Virus record (IMG/VR): IMGVR_UViG_3300009008_000002
Source: a virus
Taxonomy: Duplodnaviria; Heunggongvirae; Uroviricota; Caudoviricetes
Strand: one strand, 5' to 3'
DNA length: 64,000 nucleotides
How positions within the stretch are numbered: the stretch's first letter is position 1; each line of letters opens with the position of its first letter. Positions 63,444 through 64,000 of this stretch are shown here, piece by piece. Under the pieces are notes generated by a model. It worked only from the letters and a program-made list of their open reading frames with translations. It made no database searches and was not told the DNA's origin. The position numbers and the translations under genes were made by a program.

Positions 63444-64000
63444 TACCCATCCCTCAATTTTACAAACTCCTTGATGAACCACTCGCCTATTGGCGAATTT
63501 TTCGCAACATGATCGAGCAATTGATCCACTGTGAGTCTTTCGCCATCATCCATTTGCGCAATTACTTTGTCGCCGTCATAATGCTCTTTCAGCGTTTCTA
63601 GCCACTCGACGCAATGAGGCATGTCACCATCTGAATCAGGGGCGTTGCCTTCTTGGACGATTTCAACAACTTCAATTTCTTCGTCGTCGTCGTCGGGCAC
63701 TGGCAATTCGTTAATGAATTCTGGCGGTTGTTCTTCAAGCGGCTGTAGTTCACCATCCTCGGCCACCTGGACTTCCCCAGAACGATTGTATAAAGAAAGC
63801 ATGTCCCTGAACATATACATGATGAGGCGCTCTACCTTGGGGTGAAGGTAGGTTTCAGGGTTTCTATAAAAGACGCTCTTGCCTTGCTGACAAGCCTCGC
63901 ACCCCAACACAATCATTCCAGCGACATGCCTCAATCCATAATCACCCATATTTAACACGAAAACGTGTTCGGGTATTTCGGGACATGCATCTTCATCTTT
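63443..64000 (-). CDS. Acidic hypothetical protein (5' end outside window)
   Basis: Frame stays open upstream of 63958 to window end. Confidence 0.7.
   Translation of the reverse strand, partial: KDEDACPEIPEHVFVLNMGDYGLRHVAGMIVLGCEACQQGKSVFYRNPETYLHPKVERLIMYMFRDMLSLYNRSGEVQVAEDGELQPLEEQPPEFINELPVPDDDDEEIEVVEIVQEGNAPDSDGDMPHCVEWLETLKEHYDGDKVIAQMDDGERLTVDQLLDHVAKNSPIGEWFIKEFVKLRDG

Noticed and set aside
30-63845. Numerous + strand and alternate-frame ORFs in the track (e.g. 14687..15421, 34263..34847, 35013..35675, 47762..48553)
   Set aside because: They are antisense shadows of better-supported minus-strand genes, with no RBS or recognisable motifs
1-64000. Whole-window TAG recoding (code 15)
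   Set aside because: Genes are intact under code 11, and many TAG stops coincide with next-gene overlaps
1-64000. CRISPR array, rRNA, integrase, IS elements, capsid or tail genes
   Set aside because: No repeat-spacer periodicity or diagnostic motifs were seen

Overview
This window is a 64-kb segment of a large dsDNA (jumbo-type) bacteriophage genome. It is densely coded, almost entirely on the minus strand, uses the standard genetic code, and has no recognisable capsid, tail or replicase genes. The host may be a planctomycete-like bacterium (inference only). Most ORFs are small hypotheticals. Recognisable functions: a NAD+ salvage pair (NAMPT plus a CinA-like/NMN adenylyltransferase fusion); a Nudix hydrolase; an ART-like enzyme; a vWA / pseudokinase / divergent PurA-like / SAM-like / nucleotidyltransferase / J-domain operon; separate CoaB and CoaC genes; RuvB-like and other AAA+ ATPases; a sigma70-like factor; an RNAP alpha-CTD mimic; M50 and M23 peptidases; radical SAM; a metallophosphoesterase; an HNH endonuclease; a late-type HD / glycosyltransferase / methyltransferase island; and one tRNA with an amber (CUA) anticodon. 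Three regulatory motif classes are visible: TTCACW-N16-TAYMAT, (A/C)TA(A/T)ATA (often exactly 5 nt before ATG), and AAAATTGKRG...CAAAC. Standout observations: the amber suppressor tRNA in a genome that still uses TAG as stop; the PurA-like/vWA/pseudokinase/NTase operon beside NAD salvage; late-gene cassettes with T4-like capsid-targeting N-termini, one of which splits a membrane-protein gene; and a ~210-nt structured RNA candidate. Family assignments come from motif recognition only; no searches were run. Several starts were refined from the ORF track using RBS or overlap evidence.
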